The translations under genes were made by a program, and so were the position numbers. A stretch of DNA of 64,000 nucleotides, from positions 1,736,001-1,800,000 of the forward strand of contig CDRNST010000067.1 of assembly GCA_977016875.1 (NCBI GenBank). Direction: 5' to 3'. The DNA is from Pavona decussata. Taxonomy: Eukaryota. Under the pieces are notes generated by a model. The model was not told the DNA's origin, ran no database searches, and saw only the letters and a list, made by a program, of their open reading frames with translations. Shown here in pieces: positions 47,895-60,728 of the stretch. Every line of letters starts with the position of its first letter. The first letter of the stretch is position 1.

Positions 47895-49070
47895 ATGACG
47901 ATGGGATACCTTGTGTGGTTGGCCAGGCACCATTTCCACTCAGATTTTGATGTAAACGCCCTTAAAGCTAAGAAGAAGGAGATAATGGAGGCCATGCTGG
48001 TGATGTTGAGAGACGTACCTCCGACAAAGATGCGAAAATTGTTCCACCAGATGAGCAGCAATTCAGAGGAAGAGGAAGAGGAAGAGAGCAGGTCTCCTAA
48101 CAAGAGACCTCGCAGAATCATCGAGAGTAGCAGTGACAGCGAGCAAGAGGCTAACCCTAACCCTAAGCGGGCAAGAAAAGAGGTAGTGGCAACCTCGAGA
48201 AACGTGCCAGAAGAGGGAGAAACCTCGGGAGAAACAGCAGGAGAAGCAACAGAAGCAACAGCAGGAGCAGCACCAGGAGCAACAGCAGAAGCAGCAGCAA
48301 AAGTGGCAAAGGGGAAACGAGTTCATCACAAAACATCCTGCTGCCATGTTCCTGGGTGGTCTTTCAAGGGCCAAGATCTCATAAGGCATCTCCGTCGAGT
48401 TCACCTCTAGAGAGGAGACATCTGTGAAGAAGACCTTGCAGAGATGTCAAAAATTATGAATCAAGGCAACAAGGCACGTCACCCGCGCTCCCAAGGCCGA
48501 TTGAAGAAGTGGTGTCCCGTCAAAGGATGCTCAAGCCTGGTATCCTACCTTACCAAGCACCTGAGACGGGCCCACAACCTCAAGAAAGACAGTGCCGAGC
48601 TTGCTAACATAGTGAAGGAGGCGAAACCGTACAAGGGCTTCTCAGAGCTGGAGCATGTGGGGGATTCATCTTCAGATGAAGAAGCTGCAGTCATCGATGC
48701 TCCGAAAACCCTAACCCTAAAGAAACAAGAAAAGACCAAACCTGCAGCAACTAACCCTAACCCTCAGCAAGAAGAGGAAGAAGAAGAGGAGGAGCCTGAG
48801 GAGCCTAACTCTGATGACATCTCTGACCATGACAAAGTGACAAAACCAGAATCTGAAACTAACAAAACAACAGTGAAGAAAACACCGAACCAAACGATAA
48901 CACATCAGATGACACTTCCTCAGGGTCAGAGTCCGAGTAATTCGAAGAATTCGCAGACCAGGAGGAGTTCTTTAATGCAACATCGTTCAAGAACTACCGC
49001 CATCAATGGCTCTGCGGATTCTTCAAGTACCTATCGTTACCAGACGCCGGTAACAAGAAGACAGTCTTGG
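47895..49070 (+). pseudogene. Low-complexity acidic protein with two C2H2-like fingers, probably mobile-element derived, truncated
   Basis: CHVPGW...LIRHLRRVH and WCPVKGC...LTKHLRRAH, poly-E tracts, an in-frame stop at 48408-48410, and HQWLCGFFKYL in another frame. Confidence 0.5.
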
Positions 49071-51104
49071 AATAAAATATGTAAACTCTCATTCTTTAAA
49101 AAAAAAAAAAAGAATGTCACCGTGAAGAAAAGGAAAAGGAAGATCGCCTCATGAACAAATTTAACAAAGTTTACAAAAATTGGAAAAGACAAATCACCCA
49201 AATCGAAACATTCCTGGCCTCAGAACCATCACTATTGCAAACCGAGAAAGACAAAAAAATCTTCAATAATATTTTGAGCTGCAAGTTTCTGGGTGCGGTT
49301 GGAAAAAAACATCAAGGTGGCGTGAGCAACAACACCAATGAAGCAGACAGTAAAAAGTTTGAGGTTAGAGGTTTGTACTTTGCTATCAATTCTTTTCCAG
49401 AATTTGAAAATGGAAAGGACTTTGAAATTAAGCTTAGTTTTTCCACCCTTGCCAATGATCAGGCAAAAGAAACCACGAACTTGCTGTCTAATTGTTAAAT
49501 ATCATTGATTTCACTGAAATTGCTTTGACTAAAATAAATATACAATTTATATAATACGAAATTGTTTGATATCATTAAAGTTCTTGTCATTTTGAACTCT
49601 TAGTCAATGTCTTTCTTCTACTGTGATGGTTACTTTATCTCAGCATTTTCTCTAGATATCTTTGTATAGAATTGTTATACAATTATGAATTGTTATATAA
49701 GTATGATTTTGTTGTCATGATCATGGCATTTTTCTCCCTTTGAGACAAACCATTTTGCCGTAAAAAGATAGCAAGGCAAATTACTAGTTACACAAATGGT
49801 AACCTGCATTTCAAATTGTATAGCAGTAGCCACATGAGTACTTCGCTTGCCTACTTTTTGGAATGGAAGACGTCACAACTTAGTCAAAACCTTATACACT
49901 ACAAACTCAATTACAGTGCAGATTCCTTTACAGGGCACTATTGATGTAGACCAACAAGCACCGCCTATCACGACACAAGAGAATGTCAAACTAGAAATGG
50001 ACCACCATCGTCTGAATATCATGTTAAGTCATAGGAAAACAGATCTACCAGAGGTGGTAGAAATTAGGTGCAAACCTAATCTTATGGCCAAAACAATGTA
50101 GTTACTGAGAAAATTCAAAGGAAGCTTCGCAGCAATCAAACCCAAAACAAATCCTCCTCTTGTAAAAACCATCCCGCAATCTGAGGAATCACATTGCATT
50201 GATTGGTTTCTGGAACCCTCAGATCAGATCTATCGATGTATGGATAAACAATTTAAGGTATTCCTGGAGGCTAATATTATTATTATTTGAACATTTCAAT
50301 CACGTATCTACATGTACAAATTGTTAAAAAAATCACTTAAACTTCACTAACTTTTCACATGTAACATGTTCTTGCATGTAGCTTTTTTGAAAATATTTTT
50401 TATGATACATAGGAGAAGCGAGGCCCTGTTAGGGGTAAATTCCAACAGGCGACATGGCGTTGAAACGGCGACACGAGAGCCACGAACTACGACAAACAAC
50501 AGACTGCTCCAATGAATTACCGAAAGCAACCCCAATGCCAAAATAAAACGACAGCGAATTTCGCAATTGCTAAGATTTTGAAGCACTCGCGTGCAAATAA
50601 TTACTCAATGATAAAATCTCTCCTCATTTCATGTCATTTTACTGTCTCGTTTCCTTTTATTGGAAATAATAACATTAATTAACAACTGAAAGTCTGTGTT
50701 CTTAATAAATTAGGGATCTTGTTATTTTTACGGCTGTAGATTGTCATTTGCGTAACTCCCTTTTATAGCTTTGACAGCTTTGCGTATCATGTTTGCGTCC
50801 CCACATGCTCAGCCTAGCTGTAGTCAGCTAGCAGACAGTCGAGTGTTTGAGTCATCATCAAAGATCAAAAGACTTCACGATTCGAATTTGCTTTACTGAC
50901 CTTTACTTGAGTTTTACTTGGCTGCTGACAGTACGGGAAAGCACAAAAAGCACAAGAAGGAAAAGAAAAAGCCAGAAAAATAAGACAAGTCTGAAAGGAG
51001 AGAGAGACCAGGTGAGTCAGTATTCATTAATCAGCTGCCAGTGTTGTGTCATATGGAAGAGAAGTGACTCGTTTCATTGCTTCAATTCAAATCTCTTTTA
51101 TTTT

Positions 51105-51269
51105 TAGACTGCTAGCTGTCTCTCATTTTTCTTTGCGATAGTCGAGTCAGCGCGAACCGAGAATGCGTGACTCGCAAGCGGCTATGCTGCTGGCCGACTA
51201 ATTTGCATAATTGTCATTTCCGCTCGCACATGTGGCTCTAAGCAACAAAGAGCGACAGCTCGCAGTCTA
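51105..51269. mobile_element. Short MITE with TAG...CTA termini
   Basis: TAGACTGCTAGCTGTCTCTC ... GAGCGACAGCTCGCAGTCTA. Confidence 0.7.
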
Positions 51270-51279
51270 CTTAATTTTA

Positions 51280-51740
51280 CAATCAATAAAGTATATAGGA
51301 GTGCGGTTGACAATAAATGGATGAGATTGGGGAGGTTGAGCGTGATAGCGAGAATTATGAAGGCCGAGATTTGTGGGTTGTTATCCGACTCAGCTGAACA
51401 AACCGAGCGGATAACACAAACGCTCGGATTTCAGACTAACTGAGCGTTTGTAAAAATCGTTTTAGCGTTGTAAAGACAAGAGTGCTCACAAAATGCAAGA
51501 AAATAAACACTAAACATCACATCAACTTGTAAAGAACCTTTGCAATCGCCTCTTTAGTTTGAGGTTGGCTTACTTTCTTTTCCATCAAATACTGTTAGAG
51601 GCTTAGAGCTGACTTCGTGTTCATCTTTATCATCCACAAGTCCCTCGAAATCTGCTTCTGATACGGTGAAAAATCTTGATATCAACTCCGCCATGACAAA
51701 ATTGCTCAAAGTGCAGGTTAACTTGTTAGCCAACGTCACC
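51280..51740 (-). mobile_element. Possible Crypton-like remnant
   Basis: MAELISRFFTVSEADFEGLVDDKD resembles N-termini of Crypton tyrosine-recombinase proteins. Adjacent GTTATCCG...CGGATAAC palindrome. Confidence 0.35.
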
Positions 51741-53711
51741 TTGCATGTATAAAAACTATCGTCGGCAAAATGACATCACTTTTACATGCATAAAAACTGG
51801 TGTCTAGTTTTCACACAATAGCCAAAAGACACCAAATAGGCGATTTCAACATTGAAATTGGTGCCACCTGCTCCGAGAAAACCTACGTGGCTAACACACA
51901 GACGGAGTGGGAGAATTTAAGGCCTCGTTTTTACAGTGGTACAGGGCAATATTGTCTCCTCGGTGAGTATTATTACAAGGGTATGTGAATTAACAATAAC
52001 CATCAGCAAAAAGCCCAAAATATCCTGTTAAAATGGACATTGTCGAAAAAATATCCCTTACAACACCTTAAAATACAAATACTCCTCTCCAATAAGCCAT
52101 CTCTTGGTAGACGAGAATTAACGTCATTAACCCACTGCGGTTCTTGTCGTTTTCACCAAATCTTCTATTTCAAGGGAATTTAAGAATCCCTTAGGCAGTT
52201 GGGAGGGTAGGGGTTATGGTGTTTGTATATATTACTTAGTAATATACAATCAGTAATTGGCTCAAGGACCAAATTATTGCCCAGTTTTGATTCCTTCATT
52301 GTTGTTCATTTATTACCACAGTACGCCTTCATGAAATCCAGTATAACATGGTTAAAGGAATCCCGTCAAAAAAGACGAAAAAGAAAATGGTAAGAGGACC
52401 TTACAAGCGTGTTGACAGTGTAGTTCAAGACGAAGACCTACTGCTGAAGCTCAGAAGTTACACTGCTCTTGTGGAGGAGTTCAGCTATTAAAGGGGAGAG
52501 GACCAAGAACAGCTTCTAGAGAAGTTTAAGAAGGGTGAGATTGTTGTCTGTTAAGATTCAGACTTTGCTGTTTTCATCTATTTGGGATCCTTTTTTTGTA
52601 CCTTGTACAAAAGTGACTACCGTAAGTCACTATACATTGTATTTACTTTTGCAGATGTTGAAAGTCATTATCCTGGATCCCGGGCAATCACGGAACTACA
52701 CATCGTATGTGGTTAGATGTGGAGTGACTAGAGCTGTGAACAGATTACGATACCATCAGCACTTCAGGGACAGTATGTATACTTCATTTGTCGGAAATTC
52801 TCGAGTTATGCATCATGAGACGGAATATTATTTAATAGTGATTTGTGCATGTAGATTGTAGATGTAACTAGGACCCCCGTGAAGATATTATGGCAAACTT
52901 TTACGTCTATTGAAAAGATATGGATCAGTTGTTATAACATAAAAGTGAGGTTGTTCGTTTTGCAGATCATGAAATTAAATTAGATACGAGCTTCGATATA
53001 ATTTGGTTGGACTCATGAAAAGTTCGATGTTTGACCCGAGCCTAGTTCAAGTCAGTTACTAACTGCATCCCTTTTATTTTTTTTTGTCAGATCACCGAAA
53101 AACGTGCAAGAATCCTGTTAGAAGTGAAGACATCCGTGACCTTTTTGCTGCGTCCAGAAAAAAGTAAAAATGAATTATTGACTGTGATTACCGTGAACTG
53201 TTAGTGACCTTGTCCTTTTGGTGCAAATCAAATAAAGGAGACATACTTACCAATCAATGTTGTATTATTTCTTTGTTTAGTGATCCCAGTGAAACTAATA
53301 CAAGCGGTACTAATGACAGTGATTTAGATAACGCCCTAAGTGATTCAGAGAAGTCAGAGGAAGGTTTATTTCTGGAAGTTAACATTATTTTTCCCCTTAA
53401 AAGTGTTAAAAAGATTCGCTATTTAAGTTAGTGCGAGTGAGCAAAAGTGGGCGGTTGGTGTCTATATGGCTGACAGTGTGATTGAACAGAATACCGTATG
53501 TCGGTTACAGGACACGCTATTTCAACTCATAAAGCCAAACTACGTAATTAGTTGGTAAGAGAAATGATGTACGTTTACATGTGAAAATCTTTCAACATTT
53601 GGGTAGTTCACAACAGTAACAGAAAGTAGGTTTGAAATAATGAAAAATGATGAAGAAAGGTTTGAAATAATGACTTCGAATGCGTTTTTTTTAATTCTTT
53701 GACAAAGGTGT

Positions 53712-54000
53712 CTAAAACTGTGGGCCCCAAACCTTATGTCACGCACAAAATATGTCGCACCTTGCACGCCTGTTTCCTACATGTAAATCCGCTCTCATAG
53801 GCGCGACTTTACGTAATGTAACATTTATTTTAGTTTCTTATGTAGGTATATACACTGTATACAGGCAACTTATGTTGTATTGTAAAACTCCCTGACGAAG
53901 TGCGTTAGTCACACGAAACGCGTAGGAGAAAAGGTCAGAAAATAGATCGTTTTACAACTCTTAGAGTTTGCAGAAGTGCTACTCACTAGTTCATTCTTAA
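53712..54000 (+). repeat. Second copy of the Penelope-like 3'/pseudo-LTR segment (first copy ~31990-32290), intronic
   Basis: CTAAAACTGTGGGCCCCAAA..TTATGTCACGCACAAAATATGTC ... GTGCTACTCACTAGTT is shared by both copies. Confidence 0.9.
53888..53928 (+). ncRNA. Minimal type-I hammerhead ribozyme motif
   Basis: CTCC-CTGACGA-A-GTG(loop)CAC-GAAA-CGCG-TA-GGAG, giving stem I CTCC/GGAG, the conserved core, a palindromic CGCG stem III and a GUA cleavage triplet. The copy at ~32168-32210 has core mutations. Confidence 0.7.
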
Positions 54001-57000
54001 AAAAAAATTAAAAAATAAAAAAAATCCATAAAAAAACTGATGTCATCCCAATTGATCTATTAAATCAGTTAATCAGTTAATAGACCAAACCAAAATAATT
54101 GGATGTTTTCCTTAATTACCAGATGTTTAGAGGTACTAGACCCAGTGGTAGTGGCTCTTCCAAGAGAACTTCAGACTGGAAACCTTGAAAAAGATCACAT
54201 TTTTTACAAAGTGATTACAAACGCAATAGAATCTGCCCAAACGTCGGGAGATGCCAGGCAGCAGTTTTCGCATGATAAAGACGTCATGTTGTTCTCCAAA
54301 ACTCTTGGATTCCACAGCCATGACAAAATTATGAACTTGCTTCGTGGCCCAGGTTTCAAGGGCTAGAAGAAAGGAGGTACATATGACTTTCAATGGAAAG
54401 ACTGGAATCTCCCAGTTGTTCCCTCAAAGAAAACCAGAGGAAAAGATAAAGGCGGCTATACTACAAAAGATGGCATCATTAAAAGCCTTCTGGTCTCCTA
54501 TCTCTTACTTGCACAAGTGGAAGAAAGCAGGGTGGTCCCACTGATTGAACAGCCACATCTCTGCATTATTCCGGTTTGGCTACCGACGGAATAAGCATCA
54601 AACCTGGTCTACAATTTGACACTCGTCTTAAAGATTTGGTAGGGCTTCTTTTCCCAGTCAAATTGGAGTATGTCAAGACAAACCCATCACCTGACCCAGC
54701 CACTTTGAAGGCCTTGTTTGTTACCGAGGTGAATTGCGGAATAATTACTTCGTTGGATAACAATTTGTCCCTTCCAGTTGGCGTAGAGTACTCTGGAAAA
54801 AAGCGTTTCCGGTGAAAATACGGCAGAACGCATCCAAAAGCGCGTCACACAACTGCAAATTTGTCTGCGATGTCTTATGCAAAGCACATCAACGGACATG
54901 AATGTTATTGTCGGTTCGAGGGAGTGCTGCTCAAGCCGTTGTGAAGGTATGTTAACGTAAGTTAACTGCTTTGTTTTGACTAATATTGGTCAAACTGTAT
55001 TATAGTAGCTTTCAAGTCATCTATAGCTAAAAGTCTTTCTTTTTCTCGTACACAACTCGAATAAGAATGAAATGCAGGCTTAATTACAGAAAATAAAACC
55101 GATCAGTGAGGTTAATGAGTGATTAATCTGCAGTTACGCTGATAGTCAGTCATGAGCTCCCACCTGGATTAAAAATATATCACCTCATTGTTAACGCTTA
55201 AAAGGTAGTTACAGAAGTTTGTTACCATTCTTAATGAAGTATTCATTTCAAGCATGCTTAACACTATTATCTAGTAAGATATAATGATTGAAGAGTAAAG
55301 ATATAATTATATTTACTTTACTTTTCCATATAGCTTGTCTACAAAGTGCAACAGTTTGCCCAGCCTGCAGTGAAAAAGGGCAGACGTCTATAGGTGGTCC
55401 ATTGCGCGCCTGTGAGCCGTGTTTGGGTTCGGGGTGCAAGTGTGTGAAGTTGATAGTACTTGCGTGGACAGCAGATTGCGAAGAGAGTAACAAGCAGGCC
55501 ATGGAACAGATAATACAACTTTCCGCAAATGGGGAAATTGCTGAACATCTGAAGTACCTAAGGCCGTTTCCTGAAGCAGTTCACCTTGCAAAGTGCTGAT
55601 TTATACTACAATGGTGAACAATTTAATCTGTCGAATCTTCGTGTGCTGTATAACGATGGAGATGAAGGCATCAAACGACACATGCGACAAGAAGTCACCC
55701 TCAGCGCAATACGAAATCGTGATAGAATGTCAGTGGAAGCCATGCTTTTCATCGCAAAACCATCCGTAAGAGGGATTATAGGTAAAATACCACAACTGGT
55801 GCAGACCGTTATCCCTGAGCCTTTCCGCCTGTACAAAGGGAACGCCAAAGGGGTTTTGGTAAACCCTACCGGCATCTGTGTTGCTGATCATGGTAGCATT
55901 TTTATAACTGACAACAAAAAGTCCTGCTTGTTCCTTGCACGTGTTCACTATCCTGTTGAGATTACAGAGTTGTCCAAGTCCTTACAAGGCCCGAATGGTG
56001 TCATCTATGTGAATGGAGTCGTCTTCGTAGCTGATACGGGCATGGAAGATTAGCATACAAAGCCGTGGTGCCGTCAGTCTTCACAGACCCGAAGAAGATG
56101 AAAGTTGACGAGTTACGCGTTCAACTAGAAGAAAGAAATATCCCAATTGTCGCAGAACCAAGGAAGAAAGATTCAGTGGGCGCATTAGCAAACTGGATCT
56201 CCGATCAAAGAAAAGCAGTTAAATATTCAGCAACCGACCTAAGTACGCTACCCCCTGATAAAGAAATCAAATGTCCCTTGGCTGTAACTGCTGCTGCAAC
56301 AGACATGCTTATGGTTACTGACAGTCACTCTCACTGTGTACTCCAAGTGACTATAAACAACAATGGTGCATGCTTACTAGGAACTGTCAGTGAGCTAATG
56401 AAGTTACCTGAACCCTCAGAGCCTTATGGGTTGGCCTTTGCAGGATCTGTACATTGCAGACTCGAGCAATAACGGTGGGATTACGAAGTTCAACCTCCCA
56501 ACTTCACAGAGTGTTATCCTTGTGAAAAACGGCACACCACTCTGCCAAACTGTCCACGGGGTAAATGTGACCAATGACGGAAACGTTATATTCACTGACC
56601 GAGATTCTCGCATGCTTCGAGTTCTATGACAAGATGGCACACATACAGAGATAAAGGTGCTTGCTGGATCCGGTGCGGAGGTCTCGAAAGACGATTCCTA
56701 CCTTGCTGCTTCGTTTGCGCAGCCAACAGCCTTATGTGTTGAGGGAAAAACTGTCTTTGTTGCTGACACGGCTGCAGGAGCTGTTAAACTGGTCACACCT
56801 ACAAGTTCTCTATGCAAATTTCTAGAGATTCTTGATCTGCTCTGCAAGATGTTTGGAGTTCATCTAAAAGGAGTACCAGGAGAAATCCATGCCATCGAGG
56901 AAGCTGTTTCATCACTTCATGAAATGAGTTCCATGTTTGAACAATGGGTTGATGAAGTGCAAACAAAAATGGGGAAAAAAGTTACCACGCAGGGTCCGCA

Positions 57001-58239
57001 GGGAACAATTTTCTCAAAGAGTCGCCGCAGCTTAGAAATTTTGACAGAGTCACTGACAGTGCTGGGAGGATTTCTGGACCACACAAGTCCAGAGTTTCAC
57101 AGCGTTCTCAAGTTGGCAGTGATCCTGACCCTTGTCGTTGAGAACTTTTTCAGCAAAATGTGTTCAAGAAATGACATGCCAACTGTGTTGGAATTTGCGC
57201 ACTTGTTTGCCCCCACCATCCGCGACTCCTTGAAGCAGCTGACAGACACTAGCTTCTTGTATTACACATTGCCTTCAACTTACTATGAAGCGCCAGAAAC
57301 AATGAAACTTGCGTTTCGGGCTCTGCCGTCAATTCCTTCTCCGCCTTCGGTACAAATGCCAAAAGAAGATCAACATTGATGAGAAATTGAAGGGACAACT
57401 TTGGAAAGCCTGTGCGCCAACTGACGGTGCGAAACCAAAGTACGAAAGATAACGTTGGCACCCTTCCCATATTTGCCTATACCACTCCTGACCCTCCTCC
57501 ACAACCTTTGAATTTCTCTGCCATGGTCAACCAGACGGTAAGGATAGCCAGATGATGACCCGAACTCCTATTTTGACCTTGAATTATACGTCCCCACCTT
57601 TGAAGACTGTTTGTACTTCACCCACCACGGAAAGGTCAACGTTCATCGTGATGCAGTCATTCGTATCGTCTATGAAAGAGATTTACAGAAACGAGAGAGT
57701 TTCATAAATCTCACCGTGGAGTTCTATGGGACATTGTTAAGCGATCTCCATGATGTTGTGGACCTTTTGCCTGAAGGTGAAAGCTGTGAGGAGACCAGCA
57801 ATCAAGAGTCTGAGGAGGAAAACGCTACACAAGTGTCTACTGAAACCAGACCAGTACGGACATTACATGGCAAAACAGTAATTCGGCCAAATCGCTTGGA
57901 CTTATAACTATGAGCAGTGCAAATAAGTACACATCGATGAATCTTGTTCCTGATTTTGATATATTCTTTTAAAAAGAATCACATAGATGTCACTTTATTG
58001 ACTTTATTAGCCCTGTATGGTCCCCGTAAGATAATATTATTAAGCCAAATTCTGACAGGGACATTCCAATGTTTCAAATCTTCGGTGCGGCAGTGGACGA
58101 AATTCCGACAACAACATAAGTACCTTCCGAAATTGCGACATGATCAGGTTTGAAATTCAGATGGGGACATGCATACCCCCCCCCCCCCCCCCCAACAGGG
58201 CCTCAGAAGCAGCTAGATCAATTTTAGACGTCATGGAAC

Positions 58240-60695
58240 ACACTCAAAAAGATCTCGAGAATCTTCCATCCCTCCCACAAGCCTTCCCCAACATTTCTCA
58301 ATTACACTTTGACACCGCCGGACTTGCTAAGCTGTTAGGTAATCTCGACATCAAAAAAGCCGCTGGCCCAGATCAGATCCCCTGCTGGGTATTGAAAAAT
58401 GCAGCTCAAGAAATCGCCCCATTCCTGCAACGGTTTTTCTCACTTTCATTGCAGATTGGGGACGTCCTCCTTGACTGGAAAAATGCAAACGTACATGCCA
58501 TCTTCAAAAAAGGAGACAGGTCACTGGCTTCGAACTACAGACCCATCTCCCTCACCTCTGTTTCTTGTAAGATCATGGAACACTTCATATTTAGTCACAT
58601 CATGTCCCACCTTGAGGAGTTTAAGATTCCATCCGACATCCAACATGGTTTTCGTAAATTTCATTAATGTGAAACCCAACTACTCACCACCCTCGATGAT
58701 CTTGCTAGAAACCTCGATCATGGCAAGCAAAGCGATATTATCCTGCTGGACTTTGCTAAAGCTTTTGATACCTTTGTACACCAAAGCCTTCTTCTCAAGC
58801 TACGCCATTACAGCGTACAAGGTTCAATCAACAAGTGGATTCAAGCTTGGCTTTGCTACAGGGAACAATCTGTTTTGGCGGAAGGAGTTAAATCAGCACC
58901 TGTACCAGTCATGTCTGGCGTTCCACAGGGCACTGTACTTGGCCCCTTAATGTTCCTTATCTACATTAACAATATAGGTGTAAATATAGAGTCCCGCATC
59001 TGTCTCTGCCAATGATACCCTCTTATATGCAACGGTGAGCAGCAAGGATGACGCCAATACCATACAGCAAGACCTTGATAGCTCAGTTGCCTGGACCAAT
59101 CTCTGGCAAATGTCCCTTAATCGTGACAAATGCAAGATCCTGAATGTTTATCGATCAAAAAATCCAATCAACCATCAGTACAGTATGGGGTTCCTTTGGA
59201 ATCTGTATCCCACCATCCGTACTTGGGAGTTGAATTGTCTTCCAATTTGAATAGGAGCTTTCATTGCTGCCGCAGCGAGGGTGCCTGAAGCCACCGAGAA
59301 AGGCAGCAACTCTAATCGGCACAGAAATATACTTATGGGGCTTTCTTGCAAAATGCAAAGGATTGTGGTCACGCAAAGATCAAAGGAACAAAGCATTGTG
59401 GTTAATTTTGTGGGCACCACAATGCAATGCGCTGCTTTGCTTTTTCCAGTTTCAGACAGAGCAAGGGAGAGAAATCAAGGTGAGTATTTTTTGTCGTTTT
59501 GAATGCCCTTGATTTTGCGGAATTTTTCTACTTTGTTTATATTTTCTAAACTGCATCTCTTTTAATTTCAGAACGTAATATATTTGCAATTTCAGCGTCA
59601 TGTATATCCTCAAGGTAAAAGTGAAGGTAAATTCTTGAATGTTGTGTTGTTGATTACGTAAGCTTATCTGCATTGATTATTTCCAACTTTGTTCATTTTT
59701 AAATACAAAACAAAGGTACTCAAGCTATGTACTTACACTATAATTTGAACACTACCTGCCTACAGTATTTCATTCCAATCGTGCAATCTTCTGATTATCA
59801 CGATTTTTTTTCAGCAGGGCAAAACTGCATTTTAGCTCAGCTTAAGTCATGAATATGTGAATAACATACACATTTGAAATGATTTACTGGATGTTAGTCG
59901 TTTTCAATGACATGCTTGACATGTAAACAACATTTTATTTTCTAATAGATTTTTATTTACGCAAATCATTGTATTCACTGCAACCTAAATTTAAGTTTTC
60001 CATTGCTTCCTTTGGTGTGAATTTTCACACTTTGTTCTAAACTTGATCACTTGGTGCATGTTTATACGACTCGTTCCAAACTTGATCACTTGGTGTATGT
60101 TTATACGCCCCGTAACACAAAAGTTAGATTCATTTATATCTTACCAAATAAACAAGTGCAACAGGAAACAACATTTCAAATGTCCGATATTTTGAGCCTC
60201 GTAGCTGTTTTACAGGTTTTATGTAATCACTCTAATAGAGGGCGTCTTAGGAACGCTCACTACTTAGTAACAATAAGTATTAGTCAGAAGTCTGTTCCAC
60301 CGTTAAGTAAAATCACACTACAATTTATTGTATATTTAACAGCTTCAAACAAATACAATTGTAAGTTCTGTTTCCTTTGCACTTTCAACATGTCATTAAA
60401 TAGACATTTCCGTTGTTATACACGTTTTTTGTCATCACTGCGTTTTCCCATTTCACATAGGCACCCTGGGTCATTTTCAACTCTTTCAACCTCCCCTCCT
60501 TATTCTCATCATAACAGCACTCACCTGCCTCCCCAAGGCAGCATTCACTCCCGTTCCAGTATACTAGTATAGAGAATATTGTAGAGAAGGCTAACCGGTC
60601 CCTTGGTTTCATCAGACGTAATCTTTATTCCTGTCCAGAAAGTGTTAAAAGTCAGGCCAATCCCATCCCCATTCGTCCTTGTCTGGAATACACCG
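58240..60695 (+). mobile_element. CR1/jockey-group LINE RT fragment interrupted by a ~1.3-kb insertion (~59250-60568)
   Basis: KAAGPDQIP, NYRPISLTS, QHGFRK, LDFAKAFD, SGVPQGTVLGP and YLGVELSSNL. Resumes as IENIVEKANRSLGFIRRNL...PCLEY at ~60569. Confidence 0.85.
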
Positions 60696-60728
60696 GGTCC
60701 ACTGGGCTTACACAGATGTTGATGGGAA

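Larger units (their letters stand above)
52348..57907 (+). pseudogene. Spliced P-element/THAP9-like DDE transposase homolog with Cys-rich insert, six NHL repeats and a SAP-like domain (decayed)
   Basis: Ordered motifs: LATDGISIKPGLQFD (D 54585), AWTADCEESNKQAM (D 55474), FPEAVHLAK (H 55582), RDRMSV, TLVVENFFSKM..NDMPTVLEF (E 57140). In-phase intron 54947-55333. 5' exons are uncertain; multiple frameshifts and stops. Confidence 0.7.

Noticed and set aside
49151-50101. ORFs 49151-49498 and 49847-50101
   Set aside because: I see no recognisable motifs and cannot support a call.
58100-58175. 3' TIR for the P-like transposase gene (…GGGGACATG)
   Set aside because: I found no complementary 5' sequence or TSD upstream of 52348.
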